Assembly (NCBI GenBank): GCA_964057225.1 | Contig: OZ059895.1 | Location: forward strand, 4,898,001-4,962,000 | Origin: Auanema rhodensis | Lineage: Eukaryota; Animalia; Nematoda | DNA: 64,000 nucleotides | Direction: 5' to 3' | Shown: piece by piece, positions 1 through 11,774 of the stretch | Layout of the letters: every line of letters begins with the position of its first letter | Position numbering within the stretch: position 1 is the stretch's first letter | Position numbers and translations under genes: made by a program | Notes under the pieces: model-generated | Databases searched by the model: none | Told to the model about the DNA's origin: nothing | Seen by the model: the letters and a program-made list of their open reading frames with translations, nothing else

Positions 1-761
1 GGCATTTTTATCACTCTGCCTGTTGTTAATGAGTTCTCAGACACAGGGGTTGTGTGTACTGAGCGGCTGGGTCGGTTTGGTGTTTTTGAACTTCCTGTTG
101 TTGTATTTGGTAAAATTGGGGTTGAAGTTTGGTTATCAGTAATAGCAAGATGTGTATGTTCGGGTGGTTGTATGGGAGATAAATTAATGTTTGGAACCGA
201 CGAGTATCTGTTCGTGTGGCTGGTGTTCAAGTTTCGATCTTTTGGTGAACGATTGAAGAGATCAGAAACTATGTTTTTAAAAGTTTGTAAACCGCCTGCA
301 CTAGTAGTGGCTACTGAAGGTGAAACTGTTGGTTCAGGGATCGACAGAGAGAGAGATGCGTCCGATTTGCTTGAGTTTTTATTTTTATTTTTCTTATTTT
401 TATTTGAATTAGAGGAGCGTACCTTTTTAGCAGTAACTGGTGTTTGTTCTTCCACTATGATGGATGTTTCTTCTCCTCCTGGTGGTACGTAATCCTCGTC
501 GCTTAATCGTTCAGTAGGTGAATAAGTGCCTGCACGAGGAGTAAAGAATTTGTCGGTTTTGTGCTCGGCTTTCTGCTCGTCTTCGATTATAGCGATGCTT
601 TGTGCGCGAGCTCGGCTACGGGTGAGTGGAGCTGAGTCTCGCAGATCAAAATCAGTTCGTGTACTGAGAGGTACAGCTGATCGGAATCGCTTATCCACTT
701 TGGTAGCGCTCTTGGTTTGGAAAAACCTTGAGTGTTTAGTAACGTGGGGGATTTTGAGACG
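1..761 (-). CDS. Open frame of ~253 codons running off the window edge; probable N-terminal region of a retrotransposon Gag-like ORF
   Basis: Manual translation from 761 (RLKIPHVTKH...APLTRSRARAQ...SDEDYVPP...NKNKKNKNK...GRVIKM) has no stop to position 1. It is low-complexity S/T/P/K-rich and its first ATG is only at position 5. Not in the ORF track because it has no stop in the window. Confidence 0.45.
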
Positions 762-1973
762 TTAATGAGTGTTATGGATAAGGAGTTTTGGAAAAGGGGT
801 GAGAAAGCTGTGAGTAACTGGTTTGTATAGTCGGCGTTAAGGAATGAATCTAAGTTGTGGCCTTTAACAGAGATCCGCCTACTACCGTATGAAAATTTGG
901 ACTTTGTTCGCTCTCCAATTTAATATTCTTAAATGTATATAATTCAACCAGTTTGTATATGTTCAAAAATGTTCAGTGCTCACTTGATTGATGCCTGAGC
1001 AATCTCATTAGTCCTTATTCCCATTTTTTTTTTCTTTTTCTGACAATTCTGATCTTCTTGGACTCACGAGTGATCGAAAATGCCACGAAAATGGACTTTG
1101 GTAAATGTTCAAAGGATTTTAGCGGTTTTCATAATGTACATCCGTAATAGCATTACTCTTTTAAGGAAGCAATTTGGAAAACGAATGAGTACCGTAGTCC
1201 CATCATGATCAGAAATCTAGTTTTAAAATTATGGTTAGGAATAGATGACTAAAGATTACAATAACTATATTTAAAGAATTATGGTGTTTAGGAATGAGTC
1301 TTATGCTTCAAAACAACAATAACGGTATGAGGAAGGTGACATATAGTAAGGGGAGAAAATCCAAACTGATATGCTTAAGCCAACACGACCTGATAGACAA
1401 TCACTAATAATAATTCAGTTCGTAAAATTGTACAGGATTTTTCGGACTATAGCGATCTTAAAATTCACTTTTCATAATATTCCTCCCATTTAGGTAAGGT
1501 TTCCCGTGTAAATTCAATGCGTTATCAAAATATTTTTGGATGTTAATGGCAAAAAGTTGTCTGAACAGAAATGTAACGCAAAATAAAATAGTCCTGATCG
1601 CAAAATATGAAATAATCTCAATTTGGTGCGCAAAATTGTTTCATCCACAAAAATAAAGAAATAACCGTGGCTATTCTTTCCTCGAAGCCAAAATCAATCC
1701 TTAAAAGGAGAAAGTGTGGGCATAAATCTCAATAAAAATTATCCTTGGGTGAATTTGTTCACTAATTCATCCTAGGGTCCTCAAAAATGCTTCGAGTTCG
1801 GGTAACAGAGTATTCGATGTTAACAGCAAGGTTATAAAAATTGTTGGGTTCAGACAGACAGAAAATTGTGAACAAACGGGAAAATATAACTTCAGTTTCA
1901 AAAAATATAAAATATCCATCTCCAAAAGGAGTGGTCCTTGCATCTGTTCCCTTTTAAACGTTGTTGGCCCCAC

Positions 1974-2447
1974 CGTATTGTGTTAAGACATGGAGTAGAT
2001 GGTGTAGAGATATAAGAGAATTCAGATTCAATGAAATGTAGTAAAAATAACGAAATATAAGAGAAAATAGTCAAGAAATCAAGATAAAAATGTTCGAGGT
2101 GGAACCTCCACGTTCCGTTATGCTCTCACGTCGATCCTATAGACCAATAAAGCCTACAAGATGAGTGTGATAGTATTCCAGATGTAGCGGTAGATAAAGA
2201 GCATAATGGATAAACATAAGACTCGAGAAAGAAAGGTTTATTATGTCTACATGATTACAATAAGTTATATAAGTCTACATAAAGATATAAAGTGAAAGAG
2301 AGCTAAGAAAGGAAGACCAACCATCCATAGTCATTCCATAAGGCGAAGCTGAAGTCTGTGTTCCATATGAAGGGCGTGTCGTCCTCTCTCAGCCTCATGT
2401 CGTCTGATGCTAACCCGCCTGCTACGTATTGATTTCCGAATGGAACG
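1974..2447 (-). repeat. Putative 5' LTR (~474 bp)
   Basis: Bounded by CGT...ACG on the minus strand, with closely spaced TATA and AATAAA, and followed after 1 nt by TGG. The partner LTR is not in the window. Confidence 0.4.
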
Positions 2448-2995
2448 TTGTTATCGATCTTCGCAAGTTTCCTGATGATCCGTAGGCCGGCGAGCGCATT
2501 GAGCGTGTTCTCGTAAGAGGCCCTGATGTCAGCCTCGCTGATCTTCACTGATGGCTTGACTGAGCTGTCCACGTGGGTGGTGTATTTCTCATCCAGGCAT
2601 GGTAGACGGGCGAATGGAGAATCGAGTATTGGGAGCTCAGATAAGATGTCGGCTCTTTCAGTGTGCGTCATGGAGCAACCGGAGGCAAGACGCTCGAAGT
2701 CGGCAAGTTCGGAACCGGAGAGGCGGACTACAGGCCTGGTTCTAGGTCCTTGAGATTCTGGTGGCATGGGCACGAAGTCGTCCTCGTCCGAGGAGTCATG
2801 TCGAACTTGATCGAGTTCTTCATGGGAGTTTACCGAGTGATCGCCTTGGGTTGAGTCCGTAGGTGTGAGACGGCCATCGCGTCGTGAAGATTCCAAAGAG
2901 CCGTCTGATGAGATCGAGACGGATGAGCGGCCTCTTTTCGGGGCAGGCTCATGATCAGGGGCTTGTCCCTTCTTGGTAGTGCGAGCAGGGGCCAT
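2448..2995 (-). pseudogene. Truncated DIRS gag (MAPARTTKKG...AKIDN), reading into the inserted sequence
   Basis: Same translation as the gag starting at 52905 up to ...KLAKIDN, then diverges at the insertion point. Confidence 0.8.
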
Positions 2996-3185
2996 AGCGA
3001 CCAACCGTGAGGCTCGAAACAAAAATATGAAGTGTTTTACTGATAGAATTGACTTGAGAACCCGGTTCCCGCCAATACTTAAAGCCCGCCTTTCCCACGG
3101 TCTTATTACCCTATTCAAAAAAAATTTTTTTTTTGTAACGTGAGGTCAATGTAAACAATATAGCTAACAGTCGAATAAATATAAT
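2448..3185 (-). mobile_element. Interrupted DIRS copy (5' ITR plus 5' half of gag)
   Basis: Appears identical by eye to 52358-53095 (offset 49,910). Same ITR and same AAT|GATGC satellite junction. Confidence 0.93.
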
Positions 3186-6100
3186 GATGCATTAGTGTAT
3201 GTTGAGTTTCCATGTACACTCAACATTGCTTCCAAAAACATTTTGACAAAAATGTTTTCGAAAAATTTCAAAATAATTTAGCAAAAAGTAGATGTTTTTA
3301 GATTTCTTTTTTCAAGGCAAAGACGATGGACAATGTTATTCAACGAAAAAATTAATTCTTCAGGGTGAAAATCGAGGATATAAGTGTGAACTTATATCAG
3401 TTGATATCTCGGTGCATTTTCAAGCTAGCGCAAATCTGATAACACAGATCGACGCAGCTTAAAAATCCGCATCGAATGCACTATACTACATTGAGAAACG
3501 CTTAATACAAAACTTGGTTATGATCGTTTGAAAAATGATGCATTAGTGTATGTTGAGTTTCCATGTACACTCAACATTGCTTCCAAAAACATTTTGACAA
3601 AAATTTTTTCGAAAAATTTCAAAATAATTTAGCAAAAAGTAGATGTTTTTAGATTCTTTTTTTCAAGGCAAAGACGATGGACAATGTTATTCAACGAAAA
3701 AAATAATTCTTCAGGGTGAAAATCGAGGTTATAAGTGTGAACTTATATCAGTTGATATCTCGGTGCATTTTCAAGCTAGCGCAAATCTGATAACACAGAT
3801 CGACGCAGCTTAAAAATCCGCATCGAATGCACTATACTTCTTTGAGAAACGCTTAATACAAAAATTAGTTATGATCGTTTGAAAAATGATGCATTAGTGT
3901 ATGTTGAGTTTCCATGTACACTCAACATTGCTTCCAAAAACATTTTGACAAAAATTTTTTCGAAAAATTTAAAAATAATTTAGCAAAAAGTAGATGTTTT
4001 TAGATTCTTTTTTTCAAGACAAAGACGATGGACAATGTTATTCAACGAAAAAATTAATTCTTCAGGGTGAAAATCGAGGTTATAAGTGTGAACTTATATC
4101 AGTTGATATCTCGGTGCATTTTCAAGCTAGCGCAAATCTGATAACACAGATCGACGCAGCTTAAAAATCCGCATCGAATGCACTATACTTCATTGAGAAA
4201 CGCTTAATACAAAAATTAGTTATGATCGTTTGAAAAATGATGCATTAGTGTATGTTGAGTTTCCATGTACACTCAACATTGCTTCCAAAAACATTTTGAC
4301 AAAAATTTTTTCGAAAAATTTCAAAATAATTTAGCAAAAAGTAGATGTTTTTAGATTCCTTTTCTCAAGGCAAAGACGATGGACAATGTTATTCAACGAA
4401 AAAATTAATTCTTCAGGGTGAAAATCGAGGATATAAGTGTGAACTTATATCAGTTGATATCTCGGTGCATTTTCAAGCTAGCGCAAATCTGATAACACAG
4501 ATCGACGCAGCTTAAAAATCCGCATCGAATGCACTATACTACATTGAGAAACGCTTAATACAAAAATTAGTTATGATCGTTTGAAAAATGATGCATTAGT
4601 GTATGTTGAGTTTCCATGTACACTCAACATTGCTTCCAAAAACATTTTGACAAAAATTTTTTCGAAAAATTTCAAAATAATTTAGCAAAAAGTAGATGTT
4701 TTTAGATTCCTTTTCTCAAGGCAAAGACGATGGACAATGTTATTCAACGAAAAAATTAATTCTTCAGGGTGAAAATCGAGGATATAAGTGTGAACTTATA
4801 TCAGTTGATATCTCGGTGCATTTTTAAGCTAGCGCAAATCTGATAACACAGATCGACGCAGCTTAAAAATCCGCATCGAATGCACTATACTACATTGAAA
4901 AACGCTTAATACAAAAATTAGTTATGATCGTTTGAAAAATGATGCATTAGTGTATGTTGAGTTTCCATGTACACTCAACATTGCTTCCAAAAACATTTTG
5001 ACAAAAATTTTTTCGAAAAATTTCAAAATAATTTAGCAAAAAGTAGATGTTTTTAGATTCTTTTTTTCAAGGCAAAGACGATGGACAATGTTATTCAACG
5101 AAAAAATTAATTCTTCAGGGTGAAAATCGAGGATATAAGTGTGAACATATATCAGTTGATATCTCGGTGCATTTTCAAGCTAGCGCAAATCTGATAACAC
5201 AGATCGACGCAGCTTAAAAATCCGCATCGAATGCACTATACTTCATTGAGAAACGCTTAATACAAAAATTAGTTATGATCGTTTGAAAAATGATGCATTA
5301 GTGTATGTTGAGTTTCCATGTACACTCAACATTGCTTCCAAAAACATTTTGACAAAAATTTTTTCGAAAAATTTCAAAATAATTTAGCAAAAAGTAGATG
5401 TTTTTAGATTCTTTTTTTCAAGGCAAAGACGATGGACAATGTTATTCAACGAAAAAATTAATTCTTCAGGGTGAAAATCGAGGATATAAGTGTGAACTTA
5501 TATCAGTTGATATCTCGGTGCATTTTTAAGCTAGCGCAAATCTGATAACACAGATCGACGCAGCTTAAAAATCCGCATCGAATGCACTATACTACATTGA
5601 GAAACGCTCAATACAAAAATTAGTTATGATCGTTTGAAAAATGATGCATTAGTGTATGTTGAGTTTCCATGTACACTCAACATTGCTTCCAAAAACATTT
5701 TGACAAAAATTTTTTCGAAAAATTTCAAAATAATTTAGCAAAAAGTAGATGTTTTTAGATTCCTTTTCTCAAGGCAAAGACGATGGACAATGTTATTCAA
5801 CGAAAAAATTAATTCTTCAGGGTGAAAATCGAGGATATAAGTGTGAACTTATATCAGTTGATATCTCGGTGCATTTTCAAGCTAGCGCAAATCTGATAAC
5901 ACAGATCGACTCAGCTTAAAAATCCGCATTTAATGCACTATACTACATTGAAAAACGCTTAATACAAAAATTAGTTATGATCGTTCGAAAAATGATGCAT
6001 TAGTGTATGTTGAGTTTCCATGTACACTCAACATTGCTTCCAAAAACATTTTGACAAAAATTTTTTCGAAAAATTTCAAAATAATTTAGCAAAAAGTAGA

Positions 6101-7976
6101 TGTTTTTAGATTCTTTTTTTCAAGGCAAAGACGATGGACAATGTTATTCAACGAAAAAATTAATTCTTCAGGGTGAAAATCGAGGATATAAGTGTGAACT
6201 TATATCAGTTGATATCTCGGTGCATTTTTAAGCTAGCGCAAATCTGATAACACAGATCGACGCAGCTTAAAAATCCGCATCGAATGCACTATACTACATT
6301 GAAAAACGCTTAATACAAAAATTAGTTATGATCGTTTGAAAAATGATGCATTAGTGTATGTTGAGTTTCCATGTACACTCAACATTGCTTCCAAAAACAT
6401 TTTGACAAAAATTTTTTCGAAAAATTTCAAAATAATTTAGCAAAAAGTAGATGTTTTTAGATTCTTTTTTTCAAGGCAAAGACGATGGACAATGTTATTC
6501 AACGAAAAAATTAATTCTTCAGGGTGAAAATCGAGGATATAAGTGTGAACATATATCAGTTGATATCTCGGTGCATTTTCAAGCTAGCGCAAATCTGATA
6601 ACACAGATCGACGCAGCTTAAAAATCCGCATCGAATGCACTATACTTCATTGAGAAACGCTTAATACAAAAATTAGTTATGATCGTTTGAAAAATGATGC
6701 ATTAGTGTATGTTGAGTTTCCATGTACACTCAACATTGCTTCCAAAAACATTTTGACAAAAATTTTTTCGAAAAATTTCAAAATAATTTAGCAAAAAGTA
6801 GATGTTTTTAGATTCTTTTTTTCAAGGCAAAGACGATGGACAATGTTATTCAACGAAAAAATTAATTCTTCAGGGTGAAAATCGAGGATATAAGTGTGAA
6901 CTTATATCAGTTGATATCTCGGTGCATTTTTAAGCTAGCGCAAATCTGATAACACAGATCGACGCAGCTTAAAAATCCGCATCGAATGCACTATACTACA
7001 TTGAGAAACGCTCAATACAAAAATTAGTTATGATCGTTTGAAAAATGATGCATTAGTGTATGTTGAGTTTCCATGTACACTCAACATTGCTTCCAAAAAC
7101 ATTTTGACAAAAATTTTTTCGAAAAATTTCGGAATAATTTAGCAAAAAGTAGATGTTTTTAGATTCTTTTTTTCAAGGCAAAGACGATGGACAATGTTTT
7201 TCAACGAAAAAATTAATTCTTCAGGGTGAAAATCGAGGATATAAGTGTGAACTTATATCAGTTGATATCTCGGTGCATTTTCAAGCTAGCGCAAATCTGA
7301 TAACACAGATCGACGCAGCTTAAAAATCCGCATCGAATGCACTATACTTCATTGAGAAACGCTTAATACAAAAATTAGTTATGATCGTTTGAAAAATGAT
7401 GCATTAGTGTATGTTGAGTTTCCATGTACACTCAACATTGCTTCCAAAAACATTTTGACAAAAATTTTTTCGAAAAATTTCAAAATAATTTAGCAAAAAG
7501 TAGATGTTTTTAGATTCTTTTTTTCAAGGCAAAGACGATGGACAATGTTATTCAACGAAAAAATTAATTCTTCAGGGTGAAAATCGAGGATATAAGTGTG
7601 AACTTATATCAGTTGATATCTCGGTGCATTTTCAAGCTAGCGCAAATCTGATAACACAGATCGACGCAGCTTAAAAATCCGCATCGAATGCACTATACTT
7701 CATTGAGAAACGCTTAATACAAAAATTAGTTATGATCGTTTGAAAAATGATGCATTAGTGTATGTTGAGTTTCCATGTACACTCAACATTGCTTCCAAAA
7801 ACATTTTGACAAAAATTTTTTCGAAAAATTTCAAAATAATTTAGCAAAAAGTAGATGTTTTTAGATTCCTTTTTTCAAGGCAAAGACGATGGACAATGTT
7901 ATTCAACGAAAAAATTAATTCTTCAGGGTGAAAATCGAGGATATAAGTGTGAACTTATATCAGTTGATATCTCGGT
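3184..7976. repeat. 351-bp satellite, block 1 (~13.7 monomers)
   Basis: ATGATGCATTAGTG recurs at 3184, 3535, 3886 ... 7747 with an exact 351-bp period and few substitutions. Confidence 0.98.
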
Positions 7977-8401
7977 AGTAGAGAGCCATGCCGAATTTAC
8001 TAACCACGCCCCCAAACAGTTGCTAAAAACATACTTTTGAGGGCGTCAGCTGCTAAAAACATACTTTTGGGGGCGTCAGCTGTCAAAATCATATTTTCGG
8101 CGTCAGCTGTCAAAAATATACTTTTTCTCCCGAGGCAGGCTCTCGAGCCTGCGCATGGATCAAAATGCATGATTTTTTTTTTTAAAATCATTTTTAAAAT
8201 TATTTTTTAATGTATTATTTTAAATGAACTTTTATTATTTATATATTTGTTAATTGTATTTGTAAATATTTTTAAACTTATTTCTTTAAAATGTATTTTT
8301 AATATTTATATATATTTTAAATTGTATTTGTAAATATTATTATTTAATTGTTTCTTTTTAAATATATTTTTAAAATTATTTCTTTTTAAATGTATTTTTA
8401 A
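7977..8401 (+). repeat. Maverick left terminal inverted repeat (~425 bp near-perfect; degenerate extension to ~8880)
   Basis: Reverse complement of 24499-24923 with one mismatch seen. Further blocks 8516-8647 and 8676-8876 match ~24328-24464 and ~23780-23970. Confidence 0.93.
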
Positions 8402-9590
8402 TATTTATATATGTTTTAAATATTATTATTTAATTATTTCTTTTTATATGTATTTTTAATAATATTTCTTTTTAAATGTATTTTAACATTTATATATTTT
8501 TTAATTGTATCTGTAAAACTGAATAAATTATTTTTCATATATATTGTTTTTAATTATTTAAATATTTTTAAAAGGTAATCAATATGTTCACCGTACCTCT
8601 TATGGGTTAATCAATGGAACTCATATCGAAGGTTAATTCGATAAGAAGTAATAAATATTTAAACTAAATTTAATGAAACACATATCGAAGGTTAATTCGA
8701 TAAGATCGTTAAAACAGGTGCACTACACATGTACCACATGGCAAAAGTTGTGTTCATAAAAATATGATAAATAGCTGTACACCACATGTACCCATAACGC
8801 TAAAGAATACTTACTATGCCAAGGGGTCATGAGTATATACGAATATTTTCAAACTTTTTAGCATCAAAAATGTTACTTTAAAGTAATTGTTGTTGTAGCC
8901 CTAATAGTTTATAAATGTTCTGATAGCTAATGTATTTCATAACTATGTTCAAGAATAGAATAAATGTTTCGTAATATATTTATTGAACAATAAATTTTCA
9001 TTTAAAATTAGAACATGTGTTAACATTTTGTAAGAGTTTCTTTTTTACAAAGTGTCTGGAAATGTTGTACTTGTAATCGGATGTGTACAAGTCTGTTTTT
9101 CGCAACAATCCTGCGTTTCCTCAGTAGGATCCAACATTTTGAATTAGTGTTTCCTAAACTATAAAAGTAAGAGTGTACCACAGCTGTTATAATAAGAATA
9201 TGAATACAATATTAAACGATCCTATTGTAATCTTCCACAATTTTGGATGACAGTTGTTATTGTATAGGGACTTGTCACAAATGAGTTGAATTATTGTTAA
9301 ATATTTGTATTTACGAAATCGAATGATGTAACAAGTAATTAATAAGCGGATAGTTTACAGGTTGTTAATCCGGCAACTGTTGGCGCAATCGGTGTATTTT
9401 AGCGCATTTGGCAGCTGTTTGCGCAACAAACTGCTAATTAATGTATAAATGCATATATTTGTTGTAATATATAACAAATAGAAAAGCCGCATACAGCAGT
9501 CAACTGTTTTGTGAAAGAGGCGGAGTGGGTATAGCTTTACAACAAAGTTTGTATAAAAGGTGGCAAAATTTTTTAGACCGAAATTTGCAT

Positions 9591-9712
9591 TTCAGCTCCG
9601 CCAACAAGTCGACTCTACGATCCAGCTCTGTCAACAAGTCTACTCTCCGATCCAGCTCCGCCACCAAATCTTCTCGCCGATCCACCTCTGCCAACAAGCC
9701 GACGATCTGATC
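9591..9712 (+). repeat. 4 x ~30-bp degenerate tandem repeat (TCCAGCTCYGYCAACAAGTC..) in the leader of the left accessory gene
   Basis: Units at ~9591, 9621, 9651 and 9681, downstream of TATAAAAG at ~9552. Confidence 0.8.
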
Positions 9713-9814
9713 CAACGTCAACAGACTGCTGCTAGGACTTTCCTCTACTCTACTTGGACCCTAGACGTAAAAGTTCGTTGTTGTTTAGGAAAAGCCTCCA
9801 ATTGGGCTACAAAC

Positions 9815-10409
9815 ATGAAGCGTTCCGCTCTTGTTGATGTAGAGAATATTGTACCTTCGACACCGGAACCGGATGTTCCACGACCACCCACACCAGGACC
9901 CAACTTTGCTGCCACATTCTTTGGTAAGGTTTTATTTTTGTTATCAATTATTTTTTGTTTAGACACACCAAAAAAGCAGGTACAAATCTCAAAGGATAGC
10001 TCTCCACAACAGCCTGTAGTTATGAGACCAATATGTCTCTGCAAAACTTGTAGGGATACATTGCAAGTCGTAGACGAGTACCACTGTTTCAGCCTCTGTG
10101 TCAAGTGTAGAGCGAGGAATGATGCCTTAGGGCTTTTAAAAGTTTTCCGTCATTATAAACCTGAAAATTCAACAATCAATGTGAGATTATAAAATTATTA
10201 ATTCTAATTATTATTTTTTTCTTTTACAGATGCGTTCTTATTCTAGCATGTCATCAAAACAATTGTTGAATAATATGGGTTACATTGCCATTTATACTGA
10301 TGAGTCAACTGTCAAGTCTTTTGGTTATAAGCAGAATGTGTTCTACTTTAAATTAAGTCAACAGGCGCTCAACTTGAATATGCTTATCCGTTTTGATCCA
10401 TCGTTTTGA
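9815..10409 (+). CDS. Maverick accessory protein (~168 aa; exons 9815-9923, 9963-10180, 10230-10409) with D-box-like motif, S/T-P sites and Cys cluster
   Basis: ATG in ACAAAC context. GT-AG introns of 39 and 49 nt keep the frame. Contains RSALVDVEN, TPKK and CLCKTC...CFSLCVKC. Possible alternative 3' exons at 10500-10548 and 10592-10647, then AATAAA at 10659. Confidence 0.6.
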
Positions 10410-10706
10410 CTACAACAAGCACAAACTGTTTAATGGACAGTTGGTTGATTTTGTTATGTTATATTTAAATTTTCTTAGCCGTAACATTTTTTTTTCCAGC
10501 TCTTGAAGTTTGAAATTATCCATCAACAGCCGACTCTCAAACCAACTGGTAAGCATTGAAAATTTAAATATTAATCAGTTTATAATTATAGGTTATATCA
10601 TTGTCTTGGCTTTTATGTTTTGCTGGTTTTTTATTGTTACAATATGAACGATTGATCAAATAAATCATTTATTATTAATACAATTGTTTACAACAACAGT
10701 GAAAAA

Positions 10707-11774
10707 TTATACATTTAAATTTTCTGCATCTATCCATTCATTAAAGTTGTCGGGGTAGCCACTCCATTTTACAAATACTTGGCGTTTACCATTTCGTGTA
10801 CGCTCTTTCAAAACTTTCTCAATATAGTACTGGTTGCTTTTATTAGTAGCCAACACAAGTTCAGGCTCATAGAATATTCCCTTTATACGTTCACCATTAT
10901 AATCTACAAGTTTATACACGGTTGGGTTCCCGGCTACAATCTCATCAATTGTGAATAGTTCCATTGTATATCCAGACTCGTAACTTTTTTCAAAAGTACG
11001 CCTGTTCTTGCTTATGCGAACATTATCACCAATTTTGAATCGGTTGCGAACAGCTGGTGCATATTCTTCAACGAATATATTTGCTGTAACATCTACGGGG
11101 CGCATTTTAATCGACCGATTATAAGATTTGTTTATTCCTTCGACCAAGTCATCTAGTATATCAATCCATCGATGATTATTCTTGTAATAGAGATATTTCA
11201 TCATGCGCGTTTTTAAAGTTCTATTTGCTCGCTCCACCATTGCCGCCTTTTGTGGTGAACTTGTTGATCCATGCAGTATGGCAAATTTTTTGAATAGTTT
11301 TTCACAATGACTATTATAAAACTCTGCACCGTTATCCGTTATTAGTTGGATTGGTATAAAATCCTTGAATACATTTTCAAATGCAGTAGCAACCTCTAAA
11401 CCACCTTTAGTTTTCAAAGGCCTAACATATAACATGCGTGTATAAACATCAATCATGGTCAACATGTAAGCATAGCCGTCATTTGATTTTTTATATTTTT
11501 GCATATCAACCAAATCTGCTTGCATTGTTAGGAATCGACCACAGCCTCTAGTCTTTTTAGTCTGCATATGCAGTCTGGTTGGTTTATGACGTGTAAAAGT
11601 TTCAGAGTCTTGCAAAAAACTTTCAACTTGTGCTTTTGCGATGCCATGCTTTCGCGCTTCCAATAATAGATTTTTGGCAGACGTATAAGAAGCTGGATGC
11701 TTAATATTATAATAAATGTTCTCCAAAACATTACTTCCATAATCTAATGTAGAATCGTTTACGGCCTTTGCCAT
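10707..11774 (-). CDS. Maverick retroviral-like (rve) integrase with C-terminal chromodomain
   Basis: DDE triad in MQADLVD, ITDNGAEF and MVERANRTLK. Chromodomain YYIEKVL...VFVKWSGYPDNFNEWI. First ATG at 11774 (the track start at 11813 is GTG). Confidence 0.95.
   Translation of the reverse strand: MAKAVNDSTLDYGSNVLENIYYNIKHPASYTSAKNLLLEARKHGIAKAQVESFLQDSETFTRHKPTRLHMQTKKTRGCGRFLTMQADLVDMQKYKKSNDGYAYMLTMIDVYTRMLYVRPLKTKGGLEVATAFENVFKDFIPIQLITDNGAEFYNSHCEKLFKKFAILHGSTSSPQKAAMVERANRTLKTRMMKYLYYKNNHRWIDILDDLVEGINKSYNRSIKMRPVDVTANIFVEEYAPAVRNRFKIGDNVRISKNRRTFEKSYESGYTMELFTIDEIVAGNPTVYKLVDYNGERIKGIFYEPELVLATNKSNQYYIEKVLKERTRNGKRQVFVKWSGYPDNFNEWIDAENLNV

Larger units (their letters stand above)
1..2447 (-). 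mobile_element. Probable LTR retrotransposon 5' part (LTR, leader, start of gag-like frame), nested in a DIRS copy and continuing beyond the window's left edge
   Basis: Identity with the DIRS gag stops abruptly at 2448. On the minus strand 1974-2447 has TATATAA (~2264-2270) followed by AATAAA (~2237-2242), then G-TGG (PBS-like), a ~1.2-kb leader and a long open frame running off the window. No RT or IN domain is visible in the window, so the class is inferred. Confidence 0.5.

Noticed and set aside
52-765. Plus-strand ORFs 52-492 and 526-765
   Set aside because: Antisense shadows of the longer minus-strand open frame, with GTG starts.
8000-8191. 63-aa ORF and its identical mirror at 24709-24900
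   Set aside because: By-product of the TIR and its 30-bp internal repeats; there is no coding signal.
9000-9300. Possible small minus-strand gene near the left TIR
   Set aside because: Only a 30-codon ATG ORF was found, and I could not build a consistent splice model.
9500-9814. Repetitive ORFs (9500-9721, 9525-9710, N-terminal part of 9560-10192)
   Set aside because: Open only because of the 30-bp repeat, with non-ATG starts. The first good ATG is at 9815.
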